DNA of 41,414 bases, taken from the NCBI GenBank assembly GCA_044892505.1, contig CM097883.1, forward strand, positions 395,334,587-395,376,000, read 5' to 3'. Below are positions 27,093 to 35,800 of this stretch, in pieces. The notes under the pieces were generated by a model. The model searched no databases, had not been told where the DNA came from, and was given only the letters and a program-made list of their open reading frames with translations. Source of the DNA: Schmidtea nova. Its lineage: Eukaryota. Position 1 is the first letter of the stretch, and each line of letters begins with the position of its first letter. The position numbers and the translations under genes were made by a program.

Positions 27093-28408
27093 CCGGAGGG
27101 GCCCAAGAGTAATATGTAGTTACTCTTGAAGGGGTCCAAGGCTAAATTTTTATTTTATGATATTACATATTTTATTTTATTATATTATTTTATTTTATTT
27201 ATTTATATTTATTTATATTTATATTTATTTATATTATTTTTTTAAATTTATTTATTTATATTATTTGTATTTATTTATATTTATATTATTTTATTATATT
27301 ATTATATTATATTACATATTATATTAAATATGATATAATACGACACTAAATCCGTGCGATCTCTGACTCGTCATATCCTTTTTGATTTCAATGTTTTGTT
27401 TGTAAACGGTTGAAGAAAATCAAAGCCAACATTGTTTTTTTAAATAAAAATTTGAAAAATATTGTGCTTTCGTGAAATTTTTTATTTTATAATATTACAT
27501 ATTTTATTATATTATTTTATTTTANNNNNNNNNNNNNNNNNNNNNNNNNNNNNNNNNNNNNNNNNNNNNNNNNNNNNNNNNNNNNNNNNNNNNNNNNNNN
27601 NNNNNNNNNNNNNNNNNNNNNNNNNNNNNNNNNNNNNNNNNNNNNNNNNNNNNNNNNNNNNNNNNNNNNNNNNNNNNNNNNNNNNNNNNNNNTTACTTAT
27701 ATTAGATAAATATAATAATCTGCAAATAATTAAAAGATGTAATAAGTTTTTATAATAATAATAATAATAAATTTGGAGCCACACCAGTCGGGGGCCTAGA
27801 CTTCAGTTTTGTCAGTCTACGGGTAAATCCAGGTCTGTATGTGTGTGTGCAATTTATAGTGTATATCGTGTAGTGTAGTGTAAATAAATCATTAAATTCT
27901 TTAATCTTATTCACCTTTATTTTTTATCTATTTAATTTCTTTGGAGGATCAAATGTTTTTTGATCTGTTGTCTTTAAAAATTAAAAATAAATAATTAAAA
28001 ATATTAAATTCTATTCATAATTATTTAATTGCAGATCATAATGCCTATTGTGAAATTGAATGTGAAGGAGAAAATTATTTGACATCGATAATCAAAGACT
28101 CGCCTGCTCCTGAATGGGAAGAAGCTTTTCTATTTTATCGCATTAAGCCTGATAAACCAATTATTATTCGAGTATTAAAATATAATTATTTGAAATATCT
28201 TTGAGATTCTATTTAGGTGTTTCACAAATGCAAATTTCTAGATGATTTCCTTGGCTTAGTAGTTTACCATTTTGATACATCCAGCCTAAATAAGGAGCCT
28301 GTACTTATTAAGTCACCTTTAAAATATAAAGATCCGAAGAAAGCGGGTAATATGCCAGGATATTTAGAAGTTGCATTTTGGCATACTGATTCATATGTTA
28401 ATTTATAA
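4824..28408 (+). CDS. CAPN5: Calpain-5/6-like (TRA-3 type) protease gene, 5'-incomplete: join(4824-4905,16180-16284,21136-21326,24533-24610,26288-26567,26607-26818,26865-26992,28035-28171,28217-28408)
   Basis: The nine exons splice in frame with GT-AG introns and matching phases (1405 nt, ~467 aa plus TAA). They follow CAPN5 colinearly: LVGGYDAL..DFTGG, GLMTNHYYNIT, WNG..EW..DGEFW, domain III (QFYFEV, VERNR, GSYVI) and C2 (CEG, FLFYR, DDFLG). CAPN5 versus CAPN6 orthology cannot be fixed without a tree. Confidence 0.9.
5193..6441 (-). mobile_element. Mariner-type transposon, full length with a frameshifted transposase
   Basis: 28-bp TIRs CGTGGCGTGCCCAAAAGGTCCGTGCAAT (5193-5220) and its imperfect inverse (6414-6441), with TA on both sides. 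Minus-strand remnants RKLASRFVLRFL, ITQDET, FWDAHSVILVDF and HPPYSPDLAP. Confidence 0.9.
6905..7490 (-). pseudogene. 5'-truncated mariner DD34D transposase fragment (second, different family)
   Basis: ORF 6905-7429 reads LTIFWDCKGV...QHDNAKP-...-HPPYSPDLAPSDFYLF...LPARWQRCV. The D-D spacing is 34. No paired TIRs found. Confidence 0.9.
8280..10320. repeat. Older inverted-repeat (foldback/MITE) arms enclosing the DD35E element
   Basis: ATGGAAGTCAAAAAA near 8296 is the inverse of TTTTTTGACTTCCAT near 10293. Both arms carry AAATAGCCGAC-like subrepeats. Termini not defined. Confidence 0.4.
8704..10071 (-). mobile_element. Tc1/mariner-superfamily DD35E (Traveler-like) transposon, full length, lightly decayed
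   Basis: 27-bp TIRs CAGTCGCCGCTAATAAATTAGCATCAC (8704-8730) and inverse (10045-10071), with TA on both sides. Transposase 9872 to 8853: MGKRK..., FSDES, QHDGAPCH-...-WPGNSPDLNIIE, with 35 residues between D and E. At least 2 stops and 2 frameshifts. Confidence 0.92.
10780..11340 (+). mobile_element. Decayed retroelement coding remnant (probably Ty3/gypsy gag-protease junction), copy 1
   Basis: Nucleotide similarity to the reverse complement of 22400-22900 (GGAATT..CAAAA..GAAAACAAAAACAAG..ATCTTGA.AGCTTGTCAG). Both copies run into a QLPI motif. Confidence 0.45.
12150..12840 (+). pseudogene. Highly decayed pogo/Tigger transposase remnant
   Basis: Fragments LLDNAACH, LSPNTT, DKGAMSIFKSYF and KKAVQQTLDKY, in the order of the Tigger motifs DNAPGH, LPPNTT, MDQGVI..FK.YY and Q.TLD.F. 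Confidence 0.65.
12952..13715. mobile_element. Non-autonomous Mutator-like (MULE) element with long TIRs
   Basis: 12952-13126 and 13478-13654 are ~175-bp imperfect inverted arms with TAGTAAT subrepeats. The spacer encodes (minus) IAKKRKRKGRPT, resembling the KRKRGRP C-terminus of MULE transposases. Outer ends are approximate. Confidence 0.65.
14191..14565. mobile_element. hAT (Charlie-like) MITE nested in the outer hAT
   Basis: TIRs CAGTGATTCTCAACC and GGCTGAGTATCACTG. The 8-bp flanks CCTCAGTG and CCATAGTG match 6/8. Confidence 0.75.
14902..15802. mobile_element. Tc2/pogo-like MITE (CCGTA termini) nested in the outer hAT
   Basis: 25-bp TIRs CCGTATATAATCGTGTATAAGTCGA and inverse, 24/25 identical, with TA on both sides. 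Confidence 0.85.
15097..15564. mobile_element. Foldback-type MITE nested inside the Tc2-like MITE
   Basis: TTTAAATTGTGGCAATAT (15097) vs ATATCACGCCAATTTAAA (to 15564). Subterminal repeats are mirrored: ATGATCAGTA on the left, TACTGGTC on the right. Confidence 0.5.
16180..16284 (+). CDS. CAPN5: Calpain exon: IFDLSSNAELDKFLEVFDLLKTAYEDNALLGALVE
   Basis: AG at 16178-16179, GT at 16285. A 105-nt phase 0-0 exon equivalent to the calpain segment LF..L..A.....L.GCSI. Confidence 0.88.
16413..16785. repeat. Minisatellite, 13-bp unit ATTAATGAATTAT, ~28-29 copies
   Basis: An uninterrupted tandem array, directly readable. Confidence 0.97.
17154..17203. repeat. (TA)n microsatellite
   Basis: About 25 TA units. 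Confidence 0.97.
17357..17593. mobile_element. Possible hAT-like MITE
   Basis: Ends CAGGGCCCGATT and AATCCGGGCCTG, with GGGGCCC subterminal motifs. No TSD recognisable. Confidence 0.45.
18118..18240 (-). ncRNA. tRNA-like SINE/retrozyme copy A with degenerate type I hammerhead
   Basis: Minus strand: B-box GGTTCGATTC (18192-18183), then CTAATGA GAGC CAAATA ATCGC GAAA CGC GTC. Alignable along its length to copy B. Core and stems are mutated. Confidence 0.6.
18322..18447. repeat. ~126-bp imperfect palindrome
   Basis: TATGACTATAGAT (18322-18334) pairs perfectly with ATCTATAGTCATA (18435-18447). The inner arms GGTTTTTAAGTACAAAATATTTCGGCAC and GTGCTAAAATATTGCGTACTTAAATAACC also pair. Confidence 0.8.
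18525..18641 (+). ncRNA. tRNA-like SINE/retrozyme copy B with near-intact type I hammerhead
   Basis: Head GGGGGATTGATCAAA..TAGA resembles a tRNA-Ala 5' end/A-box. B-box GGTTCGATTC at 18567-18576. Hammerhead ATGGCA CTGATGA GAGC-CTATAA-GCTC GCAA CGC ATA / TGTCAT (18599-18641) has two deviations from consensus. Confidence 0.7.
20160..20832 (-). mobile_element. Internally deleted pogo/Tigger (TIGD-like) element
   Basis: Terminus TA-CAGTTAACCCTTCTTAGTATGAAC (minus, from 20832). N-terminal KRKRKDLSIEEK HTH remnant. ORF 20285-20473 reads FHDWL...LLLLDNA..H...FFPQNT..IQPL. Confidence 0.75.
21136..21326 (+). CDS. CAPN5: Calpain exon with the catalytic His position: YSGMDNNRLECGLMTNHYYNITGIKEM...RLCHPSWDKQWNGAFTEG
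   Basis: AG at 21134-21135, GT at 21327, phase 0-2. Aligns to CAPN5 GLVKGHAYAVT...RLRNPWGEREWNGPWSD. Confidence 0.92.
22080..22900 (-). mobile_element. Decayed retroelement remnant (probable Ty3/gypsy gag-protease), copy 2
   Basis: K/E-rich broken frame followed by QLPII..IG..ILYTSA (DTGA-like), VPAVN and EMIVG, the order of a retropepsin. Homologous to 10780-11340. Confidence 0.45.
23110..23760 (-). mobile_element. Penelope-like element 3' fragment (GIY-YIG remnant plus terminal-repeat region)
   Basis: Frameshifted VLYSF.KCHG.NATYFG/KTDRLFCTRVLEH...SVVYK matches the PLE GIY-YIG pattern VVYKF.C..C...YIGKT.R.L.TR..EH. A hammerhead lies on the same strand ~250 nt downstream. Confidence 0.75.
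23278..23318 (-). ncRNA. Minimal type I hammerhead ribozyme (Penelope type)
   Basis: Minus strand: GCAC CTGATGA A GAGAA-TTAAG-TTCTC GAAA TATA TT / GTGC. Stem I and II pair perfectly, the core is intact and stem III is palindromic (AATATATT). Confidence 0.82.
24533..24610 (+). CDS. CAPN5: Calpain exon: GKEWQLLTASEKSKMGQTYLNDGEFW
   Basis: AG at 24531-24532, GT at 24611, phase 2-2. Matches EEWQ.....E..KMG.T...DGEFW. Confidence 0.93.
24678..25471 (+). mobile_element. Tigger-derived non-autonomous element
   Basis: 25-bp TIRs CACTAGAACCTCGATTTGCGTCGTT and inverse (24/25), with TA on both sides. Internal remnant PDEDRSSKVTRSIESTINCYKEIYLEKK..QQTLDIFF is a Tigger C-terminus. Confidence 0.9.
25700..26110. 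mobile_element. Degenerate hAT-like MITE
   Basis: Left end CAGTGGCGTAGCTAG with GCCGCCC subrepeats at both ends. The right TIR is eroded. Confidence 0.4.
26288..26567 (+). CDS. CAPN5: Calpain exon (end of CysPc into domain III)
   Basis: ILFQDFIKYFSRV...TTWFESK...GQFYFEVNRPTGDSVLINVLQK...LLLYK. AG at 26286-26287, GT at 26568. Confidence 0.92.
26607..26818 (+). CDS. CAPN5: Calpain exon (domain III)
   Basis: VERNRQ...INNTRSIGLRYLLKQGSYVI...IRIYT. Follows a 39-nt GT-AG intron. Matches VEENRQY...INSRSVFLR...GRYVI...LRVFT. Confidence 0.9.
26865..26992 (+). CDS. CAPN5: Calpain exon (linker and start of C2)
   Basis: FLISESFRKAPLLCPCFEIEACVITRLRVVKAYEM. A 46-nt upstream intron; donor GTAAGA at 26993; phases fit. 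Confidence 0.85.
27002..27087. repeat. (TA)n microsatellite, ~43 units
   Basis: A perfect dinucleotide run starting 9 nt after the splice donor. Confidence 0.97.
27525..27692. other. Assembly gap (N run) inside a calpain intron
   Basis: 168 N characters. Confidence 1.
28035..28171 (+). CDS. CAPN5: Calpain exon (C2 domain)
   Basis: HNAYCEIECEGENYLTSIIKDSPAPEWEEAFLFYRIKPDKPIIIR matches NSYVIIKCEG...PEY...FYRKK..QPITVQ. Confidence 0.92.
28217..28408 (+). CDS. CAPN5: Calpain terminal exon (C2 end, stop TAA)
   Basis: VFHKCKFLDDFLGLV...NMPGYLEV...NL* matches CAPN5 VWNHRVLKDEFLGQV...NLPGTVAV. Follows a 45-nt intron. Confidence 0.92.
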   Translation: MFHKCKFLDDFLGLVVYHFDTSSLNKEPVLIKSPLKYKDPKKAGNMPGYLEVAFWHTDSYVNL

Positions 28409-28526
28409 CCTTTTTATATAGTATATTGACAAATTTATTTGGTATTCTGGTGCTTCAATATAGTAATGGCTAGAACTTATATTACAGCTTTTATTTTCAA
28501 AATTTGCAATGAGTTTTATGAATTAG

Positions 28527-28696
28527 NNNNNNNNNNNNNNNNNNNNNNNNNNNNNNNNNNNNNNNNNNNNNNNNNNNNNNNNNNNNNNNNNNNNNNNNNN
28601 NNNNNNNNNNNNNNNNNNNNNNNNNNNNNNNNNNNNNNNNNNNNNNNNNNNNNNNNNNNNNNNNNNNNNNNNNNNNNNNNNNNNNNNNNNNNNNNN
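28527..28696. other. Assembly gap (N run)
   Basis: 170 N characters. Confidence 1.
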
Positions 28697-30160
28697 ATCA
28701 CTTACAAACAACATAAAATTAAACTCCCTCCTTTTGGCAACAGTTGCCAGGCAACGTTGAAACTGCACCAAGTTGTTGAATATCTCTGCAAAGGGTGACC
28801 TACCTCTCCGTGACTTCGAATGTCTAGGCAATTCATTTGTGTCATGTAGGTTTTAGTATGGGAAAGTGGGCAGTCTGACACGAGCCATTTATCTCTTAAC
28901 TGTATAAATTACATAATAATTATGCAATGAACCACATAATAATTCGGAGGTTATAAAAGTACGTAATGCTCTATAATTACATAATCAATTATACATTGTT
29001 TAATTTTATAGTAGATGAAGCAACATTTCATTATATATTCTATGATGTAATAATACAGATTTAAAAAATATTTTCAATTTACAAAAAGTATGAAGATTTT
29101 ACAAGTCAATTACACATAAAAAAGCTGCTATCTTCTGACAAATTCCTGTGTGAAGAGTCAGTTTCTACAATTACCAAAACTTCAAAAGGTCAATACACAT
29201 AAAAACAATGTAAAATACACTCGGAATTACCAAGAATCAAGTCACTATGAAAATTCACAACTATATTAACAAAAAGTATCATCAATAAAATCTCTAAATA
29301 AAAACAAATTTTTTAAAACAAATACTGGAACATCTTGATATTCTTCGGAATCATCATCACGCACCCCATAACCACATCAAAGCCCTTATAAAATCCCATT
29401 AGCCAGGCTCTAATTTTTAGCCACTCTAGTCTTTTATCGTCTAAGTTAGTTAGAACTTTTGGTAAAAATTGAAGTATTATGATAACAATCCATGTGGTAG
29501 GTTGTTGACCGTCAATATGACCGTTACGTTGCTATAACTCACATCAACAACTCAACACATAAAACATTAGTTTAACCATCTTGTTGCCCATCACAATGTA
29601 ACGTTGGTAATGCAACAAGTGGGTGGATATTCGAAATAAGTGAGCGTCGAAAATTAGAAACTATGATTGACCGAACATCTCCTGGGTTCAATGGCTACGT
29701 ATATATGGTTTAATCCCCGTTTTGTCCCTCATTCAACGATTTAACTACGTGTACTCATTTTAAATCAGAACAATAATATAATTTCATTAATAAAAATTTG
29801 TTAATTTGTCCCAATTAATCATTGTATATAATAAAATACATACAGTTAAAGCATCATTCCAAAATTATATCCAAATACACATAAGCCATGAACAAAATAG
29901 AATCAATTCAAACATTTCGAAGAATTCCAGCAAGCGTTCCTGCTTTTGATCATCTGAACTTGAATTCAAGTTGGATATCAATCAAGGTGATCATCAAAGC
30001 TTTTTATCATCATCCATTGATTTATTTTTAAAATCTGGCCATTCAAATTTAAAACATTTTTCAAATTCCTTTAAATTCAATTATTTAACTGCTATTATCT
30101 CATTAACAAAATTTGTAAAGGTTCTTGATCCGTAAAGAATATATCTTCATCGAGCTTTTA

Positions 30161-30860
30161 TGGCACGCAACCACAATCAAAAAAATACTCATCATCTTCT
30201 AGCTCAAAACCTTTATATGTTAGCACAATTATTCCGCCATTGCCTATAATTTCTGTTGCTCTCCGTCGTAATTTAGTCACTTTTTATACACCAATGTTCA
30301 TCTGTTTATTCTATACCTCGATCATTTATCCTTAATAAAATTACGAAATTCCTTCTTCACTGAAATTTTGTCCAAATTTTCGAATGACAGTTTTTATTGT
30401 TTCACCATACAAAGGTTTCATAATTTACATCAAGCCTAACACAATCTACAATTTTTAATTTATCTTCGAGTTCAAAATCTAAATCTAAAATATCATTTAT
30501 TTTATCATTAATCTCACCTGCATTTCCTTAAAATAACATTTCCATTAATCCAAATTTAATTGCGTGAAAATTATTGTTAACTGTTTTCTCATTGACAACT
30601 AAATTCACTATTTGCACATCATTTTCAAAACCAGGAATCAATCCACAATCTACCAAATATTCGTCAATTTTTAGACCTCTGCCCATAAATCTAAGTTCCA
30701 CTGCCCAACCTTCAAATTTGTGCATCACTTCTCTTTTCATCTTATGTACTTGTTCATATGTTTCAATTTTTTTTTTGAATTTTGTGCCATATAATGTCTT
30801 CATTTTAATAAATATAAGGTCTGACCATTTATTCCTTTTGTTGGCGTTGTTGTTGAACAA
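30161..30860 (-). pseudogene. Decayed intronless ORF with tandem ubiquitin-like domains
   Basis: ORF 30528-30860 has IFIKMKTLYG...LRFMGRGLKIDEYLVDCGL. A second unit (30421-30161) has MKPLYG...LTYKGFELEDDEYFFDCGC. Both follow the ubiquitin pattern KTLTG...LIFAGKQLED...LSDY. In-frame stops are present. Confidence 0.6.
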
Positions 30861-30869
30861 TTCGGAATT

Positions 30870-31753
30870 GATTTACTAGGGGAGATGATGTTGAACACCT
30901 CCATAAAATGCCTTGACTTCGATCATCCCCTAGACCCTCCACGTTAGAAATGCGCATTTTGTCGTATGCCAAGCAGGCAGATGAGCTGCGTAGACGGCGA
31001 CTATTCCTTGCTCGCACCCACTCAGGTTCTGACCAATAGAAGGTCTTCACTCTTTTCGTTTCAGGTCATACGGTCTCTCTTTTTCGTGTAATTATTCCGA
31101 GTTGATTTCCAATGATGTTAACACAATTTTAAAACAATACATTCACTCTAATACATTTATTTAAACAAAGAAATTGAGTTCCAATTTTAATGGAATAATC
31201 TCTGCTATCAGATCAAATACTGCTAAATCACTTAAGCGATCAATTTGAGACGCTAAATGTTGCGACCATACCATTTTCTGTTTTCGGCGCTTAGACCCAG
31301 TGCGCTTTCTCTTTGATCCGCAGATCGGGGTACTTCCGACTTGTGCCGATTGTTTGGGGATGAACGGCGTTTCCATGAGTAATTCGGACTTGTCCGTTCC
31401 AACCGAATGCATATTTCTCTCGCCTTTGGTTCAATGTCAAAGATAACCAGTCGGATGCATGCCCTCAACTTTGTTTTAATAAATTACCGGGTCACTCGTT
31501 TGAGACTATTCCTCAATTCTAGCCTGGCTGCGCTGAGTTCCATCTATACTTCCACTGGTGCTTGTTTTTCACGCTCTGTTTTTACCAATTATTCCCTTAT
31601 TTGCTCGGGTGAAAAGGATCGTCGTTGTAGTTCCTCGTTCTGTACCGTCAATCGTGTCACCTGTGACATTACTTTCTTAGTCTCCTGCTCCCAATATCTG
31701 TCGTCTAACTGCTCGACCCTCCGTTGATTCGGTACCTTAAATTTTTCTGGCAT
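30870..31753 (-). mobile_element. Decayed gag-like ORF of a probable LTR retrotransposon
   Basis: GC-richer block. The frame from ATG 31753 (MPEKFKVPNQRR...) is coiled-coil-like with several stops, and lies just downstream of the LTR-like segment. No diagnostic motif. Confidence 0.4.
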
Positions 31754-31858
31754 TTTCTGTAAAAGAAATTAACCCATGATTTATCGATTAGCAATACTCA
31801 AATACATATTATGACTACAAAACAAATAAAGGTAAATATTTAGCCTCTGGCGGATAGA

Positions 31859-32079
31859 TGTTGCCGAGATGTCTTTCTCTTTACTATAAATCTTTTCTTT
31901 GGAGCCCCGGATTTCGATATCTTGGTGATACCCTTAAATTTATTCGTCAAAGGCTCTAAATACGCTCCCCTTGTCGTGCGGTTTATCTTATTCTATTCGC
32001 ATCTTTTACCCCTTCTTACTTATTTCACTCAATTTATACTAGATAAATGGAATAACACAAATTTATTTTAAATGTAACA
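31859..32079 (-). mobile_element. Candidate LTR (221 bp)
   Basis: On the minus strand it starts TGTTACA and ends GGCAACA (TGTT...AACA), contains AATAAA and precedes the gag-like ORF. No partner LTR or clear PBS found. Confidence 0.4.
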
Positions 32080-34170
32080 CATTAGGTTATCAACCAGGTC
32101 TATACTCAAATTTGCTTTTTATGAGAATACCCAGTGAACATGGGCTTGCTCTCTCACCAAAGTTTGCTCGGGGTGTTTCCTTCTCCAGCTCTGCAACGCC
32201 CTCTCCTAAGCCTCTCTGAGGGGTTGTGGTGGGTCAATAAACACGAATCCTAAATCTTTGAATGTCTGTAGAGAAATGTGCCCATAATAAAGCACTTTAC
32301 TGGGTCGATTTTGTCAGTCCTTGATGATGATGAACCATTTGCTAGATCCAGCTGGATGTTCCAGGTCGAAATTCATTTTCCATCCCGGTCCTCCCCAAAA
32401 CCAGACTTCCTCATTTATATTACTCACCCAATACGAAAATTAGCAATGCACCTTCAATTCAGCGTGCCATTTTCTTATCTGCACATCGACCTGTCTAGTG
32501 ATGTCTGGAGGGAACTCCTTCTGCGGGCCCAGTACCCATTTACGTTGGGCTTCCATGTGCCTTTTGACTGCAACTCGGCCAGATTTTTCTCTTGAGCCCA
32601 CGTGGTTCCAATCTTGTCCTCAATGTCAATCGTTTCCACTACTTGTCTTTGACTAAATAATAAAAAATAATTTTTTACATTTGATTAGGCAGTGACCAAA
32701 TTGTCTCAAATAGTGGGATGTTCGAATTCATACTAGAAGATCCGGTTGACGGAGGAGTTGCTCCCAATTTGATCATCAAACCTGTTAATTCCCTCCTAAC
32801 TAATATCGTGACCCCGACTTGCTTACTGGAAGTTTTTGGTGGTACGCAAATTCCCCCAGAAAAACAAATTGTCTGATTCCCTTATCACTTCAATTTGCTA
32901 TCTCGAAATTGGTTGCTAGGAACAACAAAAAGATTTTCTAACATAAGATTTCAAATGATCACCCATTGTCTAATCAAAATGACCCTAAATCCTTTACGCA
33001 AAGTTCTTCCTACCAGTCCGAAGTGCAACCATCCCCACAGTAACTGAAAATTCATAAATATTATCACCATAACGTGGAGCTAAAAAGCCCCATAATTATG
33101 GAATCACCCTAGCAGTTTTCGCTTCAAAGGACTCCTCTATATAGTTTAACATATTTTAAATAATTAATCAAAAATTCAATGAATGAGAATAATATATTTA
33201 CGGTGATCAAAACACGAGAGCAACATAATAATATCATAATAAAATCATAGTAAAATCACAAAATTTACCTAAAGTGATTCCGCGTAAAAATTGAAAACTC
33301 GATGAAATTGTCAAAATCAAGATCTGTTAAATAGCTTGAGTTTGAAACAAATCGGTAATATTCTGATTCTTATGGTTTTAGTTCAGTATTTATACTGATC
33401 TGGCTCGTTAACGAGCCAATCAGAATCGTTCTACCACTCAAAGTAAGTCGGTTTTTTATTTATTTATTGTAAATGTTTTGATGGACGTTCTAGATTTCCT
33501 GTTCTGTGGATCATCGTCCATTAATTATTTAATAAAACGTATTTTTATTTCACCTAATTTCTTAGATTGTATTTAATTGGTTCTAGATTCCTTCTATCCC
33601 TTGGATCCCCATTTATTTCTATTTTAAATTTCGGAACTGGTAATTTTTTCACTTATTCTCTTTTAATTATTATTTTATTTACAGTTTTTACCGACTAATG
33701 ATGGTTGATTTAAGGTATATTTTACGATTTATTCATTATATATTTTTTTATTATTTTCTTAGTTTTAGGTGGTTTCCTCAGGTCAACACCTTGAAGAGTG
33801 ACCTAATATTTTCATCAGGTTTTTAAATACATTTTGACTGTTCCTTGTGCTTGTTTCATAACCAACTGCACAAAATTTGATCATGGTTTTAGGTTTTTTT
33901 TTAAATTCAAAGATTATTTCGTAAATTTCGTAAATATTTCTATCAATTTCTGAGAGTTACCTCTGAATCTGCAACTAACTTTCTGATTTTGGCAATAAAT
34001 ACTGTACTTGTCTCATTTTGCAAATCATCTTTAGTTTTATTGTCTGATTCTGACCCATCTTCCATTAATTCTTGCTAACTCATCATATGCGTATCAGTTT
34101 CTTCATCTGACTCAGATTTTTACAGTAATCTATTCAACTTCTTATTCAGCTGTTCTCTAAAGTTATCTTT

Positions 34171-34452
34171 CTAAATAAAGGCTATATTGTTAGGTCTCTT
34201 TAATATTGGCGTTTCAAAATTTTTGGAATTCCTGGGACAGGATCTAGCAATATGTTCATAATCTCTACACAAAAGACATTGAATTTGCCCATTTACATTT
34301 ACATTGTCTCGTTGTAGGGATGGTGAAGTTGGTGAACTCGATTTTGAAAAACAATTTCTAGAAACTTGTACTTTTTTACCACAGACATAACAATGAACCT
34401 CGTTAAAATTTGGTTTATCATCAGGAACTACTCTCCGGAAATTTGTTCCCAC
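34171..34452 (-). mobile_element. Retrotransposon gag fragment with two zinc knuckles
   Basis: CYVCGKKVQVSRNC (His lost) and CLLCRDYEHIARSC fit the CX2CX4HX4C spacing. Confidence 0.8.
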
Positions 34453-35800
34453 ATCATTTTTATGTCAATCTTGGATGTATGGGTCCAATTAGAGCCCAAT
34501 CAACTCGAGTAACAGAAGTCACTATATAGACTAAGTAAAAATTCTAAAATTCGCCAGTTCATGGAAGAGATATTCTAGTAAATTTAGAATTAACGAAGAG
34601 GTAAGAAATAGATCATCGAATTAAATCAAATCTGCGTAAAAGAAAGGGCATTTTCCTATTATGATATTTGCCCAATCGCAGCAAAAAGTGAAGACAAAAG
34701 AGTGTTATTGACAAATGTAAATTTTGTGCTAGATTAAATAAAAGTAATTTTATTGAGTGATTTTGATTGATTTTAAATAATAGCAGAAATTAATACCAAT
34801 TTAAAATAAAAACCCATCATTATTATTATAATTATGATGATTATCATCATAAACAATATGGGTATTCCGTGGTTATTATCATTTTTATTGGAGTTAACAA
34901 AACTATTTTCCTCATTGTAAATTATATGGTTATCATCATTTTTGTCTTTATTTATTACTACTGTTGTCAGTTATGTTCATAGGATTCATAGATAATTAAC
35001 GAAGGAACAGGTGGATGCTAGTATATAGTTATGGAATACTTTGTCCTCAGTTGTCAAGAGAGTCACTTGGTACGACTTACAAAACCGACTACCTTGAAAG
35101 TCTCGATAAACCTTCGGGAAAACCCTACATCCAATCTTCGACCAATGACGTTGTTAATGATTACAATTTCTCATGAACTTTTCGATCTTTTCGACCTTTT
35201 CCATTTCTCGATGATAAATTTATTTTATGAATTGGTTGATGATATCTGAATGTATAAATAATGATAAATGAGCATTAAATTGAATACTCTTATGCATTAA
35301 ATAGTTACATAATACTCATGAAAACGAAATTTTTGTCATTTAAATTTGAAATTTAGAAAATGGACAAAACCATAGAAACCATTTTTAGCACAATTGGCAT
35401 TGTATGGAGAGGGCAATATCAGAATGTCAGCAAAATTGAGGCGACATAGTTCTCAGCCGAAAAGATGGACAAAGTATAACATCAGATACAACTGCTGTTA
35501 ATAAAAGCTGAAAAGGTGTTTACCGAAAAGAGAACTCTAAAAATAGTATTGCACGAACGTGATCCGACGATCCAACAATTACAGATCGAACATGGGATCA
35601 CGGCAGCAGTTTTGTCGAGGACTAGTAATCAGATGTCCGAATTTTTTCCGCTGTCCGCCGTCACTAGATATTTTCAATCACTTCCTCATCTTTCAATTTT
35701 TTAACAACTTTTAATAAAGTGAATATCTTTTTAAACTTACCAAATTATTTTGAATTTTTGTTTAAATGTCAATCGTTATTTTAAATACACTACTTTAAAT

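Noticed and set aside
26869-28831. ORF-track entries with poly-YI or poly-X
   Set aside because: Artefacts of the (TA)n run and the N gaps. Only 26865-26992, 28035-28171 and 28217-28408 are supported as coding.
30528-30860. ORF first read as a retrotransposon gag domain
   Set aside because: No gag motif. An internal repeat of the LYG...DCG unit and residue-by-residue fit to ubiquitin explain it better.
35000-35250. Minus-strand RRFIETFKVV resembling the gypsy integrase GPF/Y motif
   Set aside because: Too short and degenerate to call alone, although consistent with the surrounding LTR debris.
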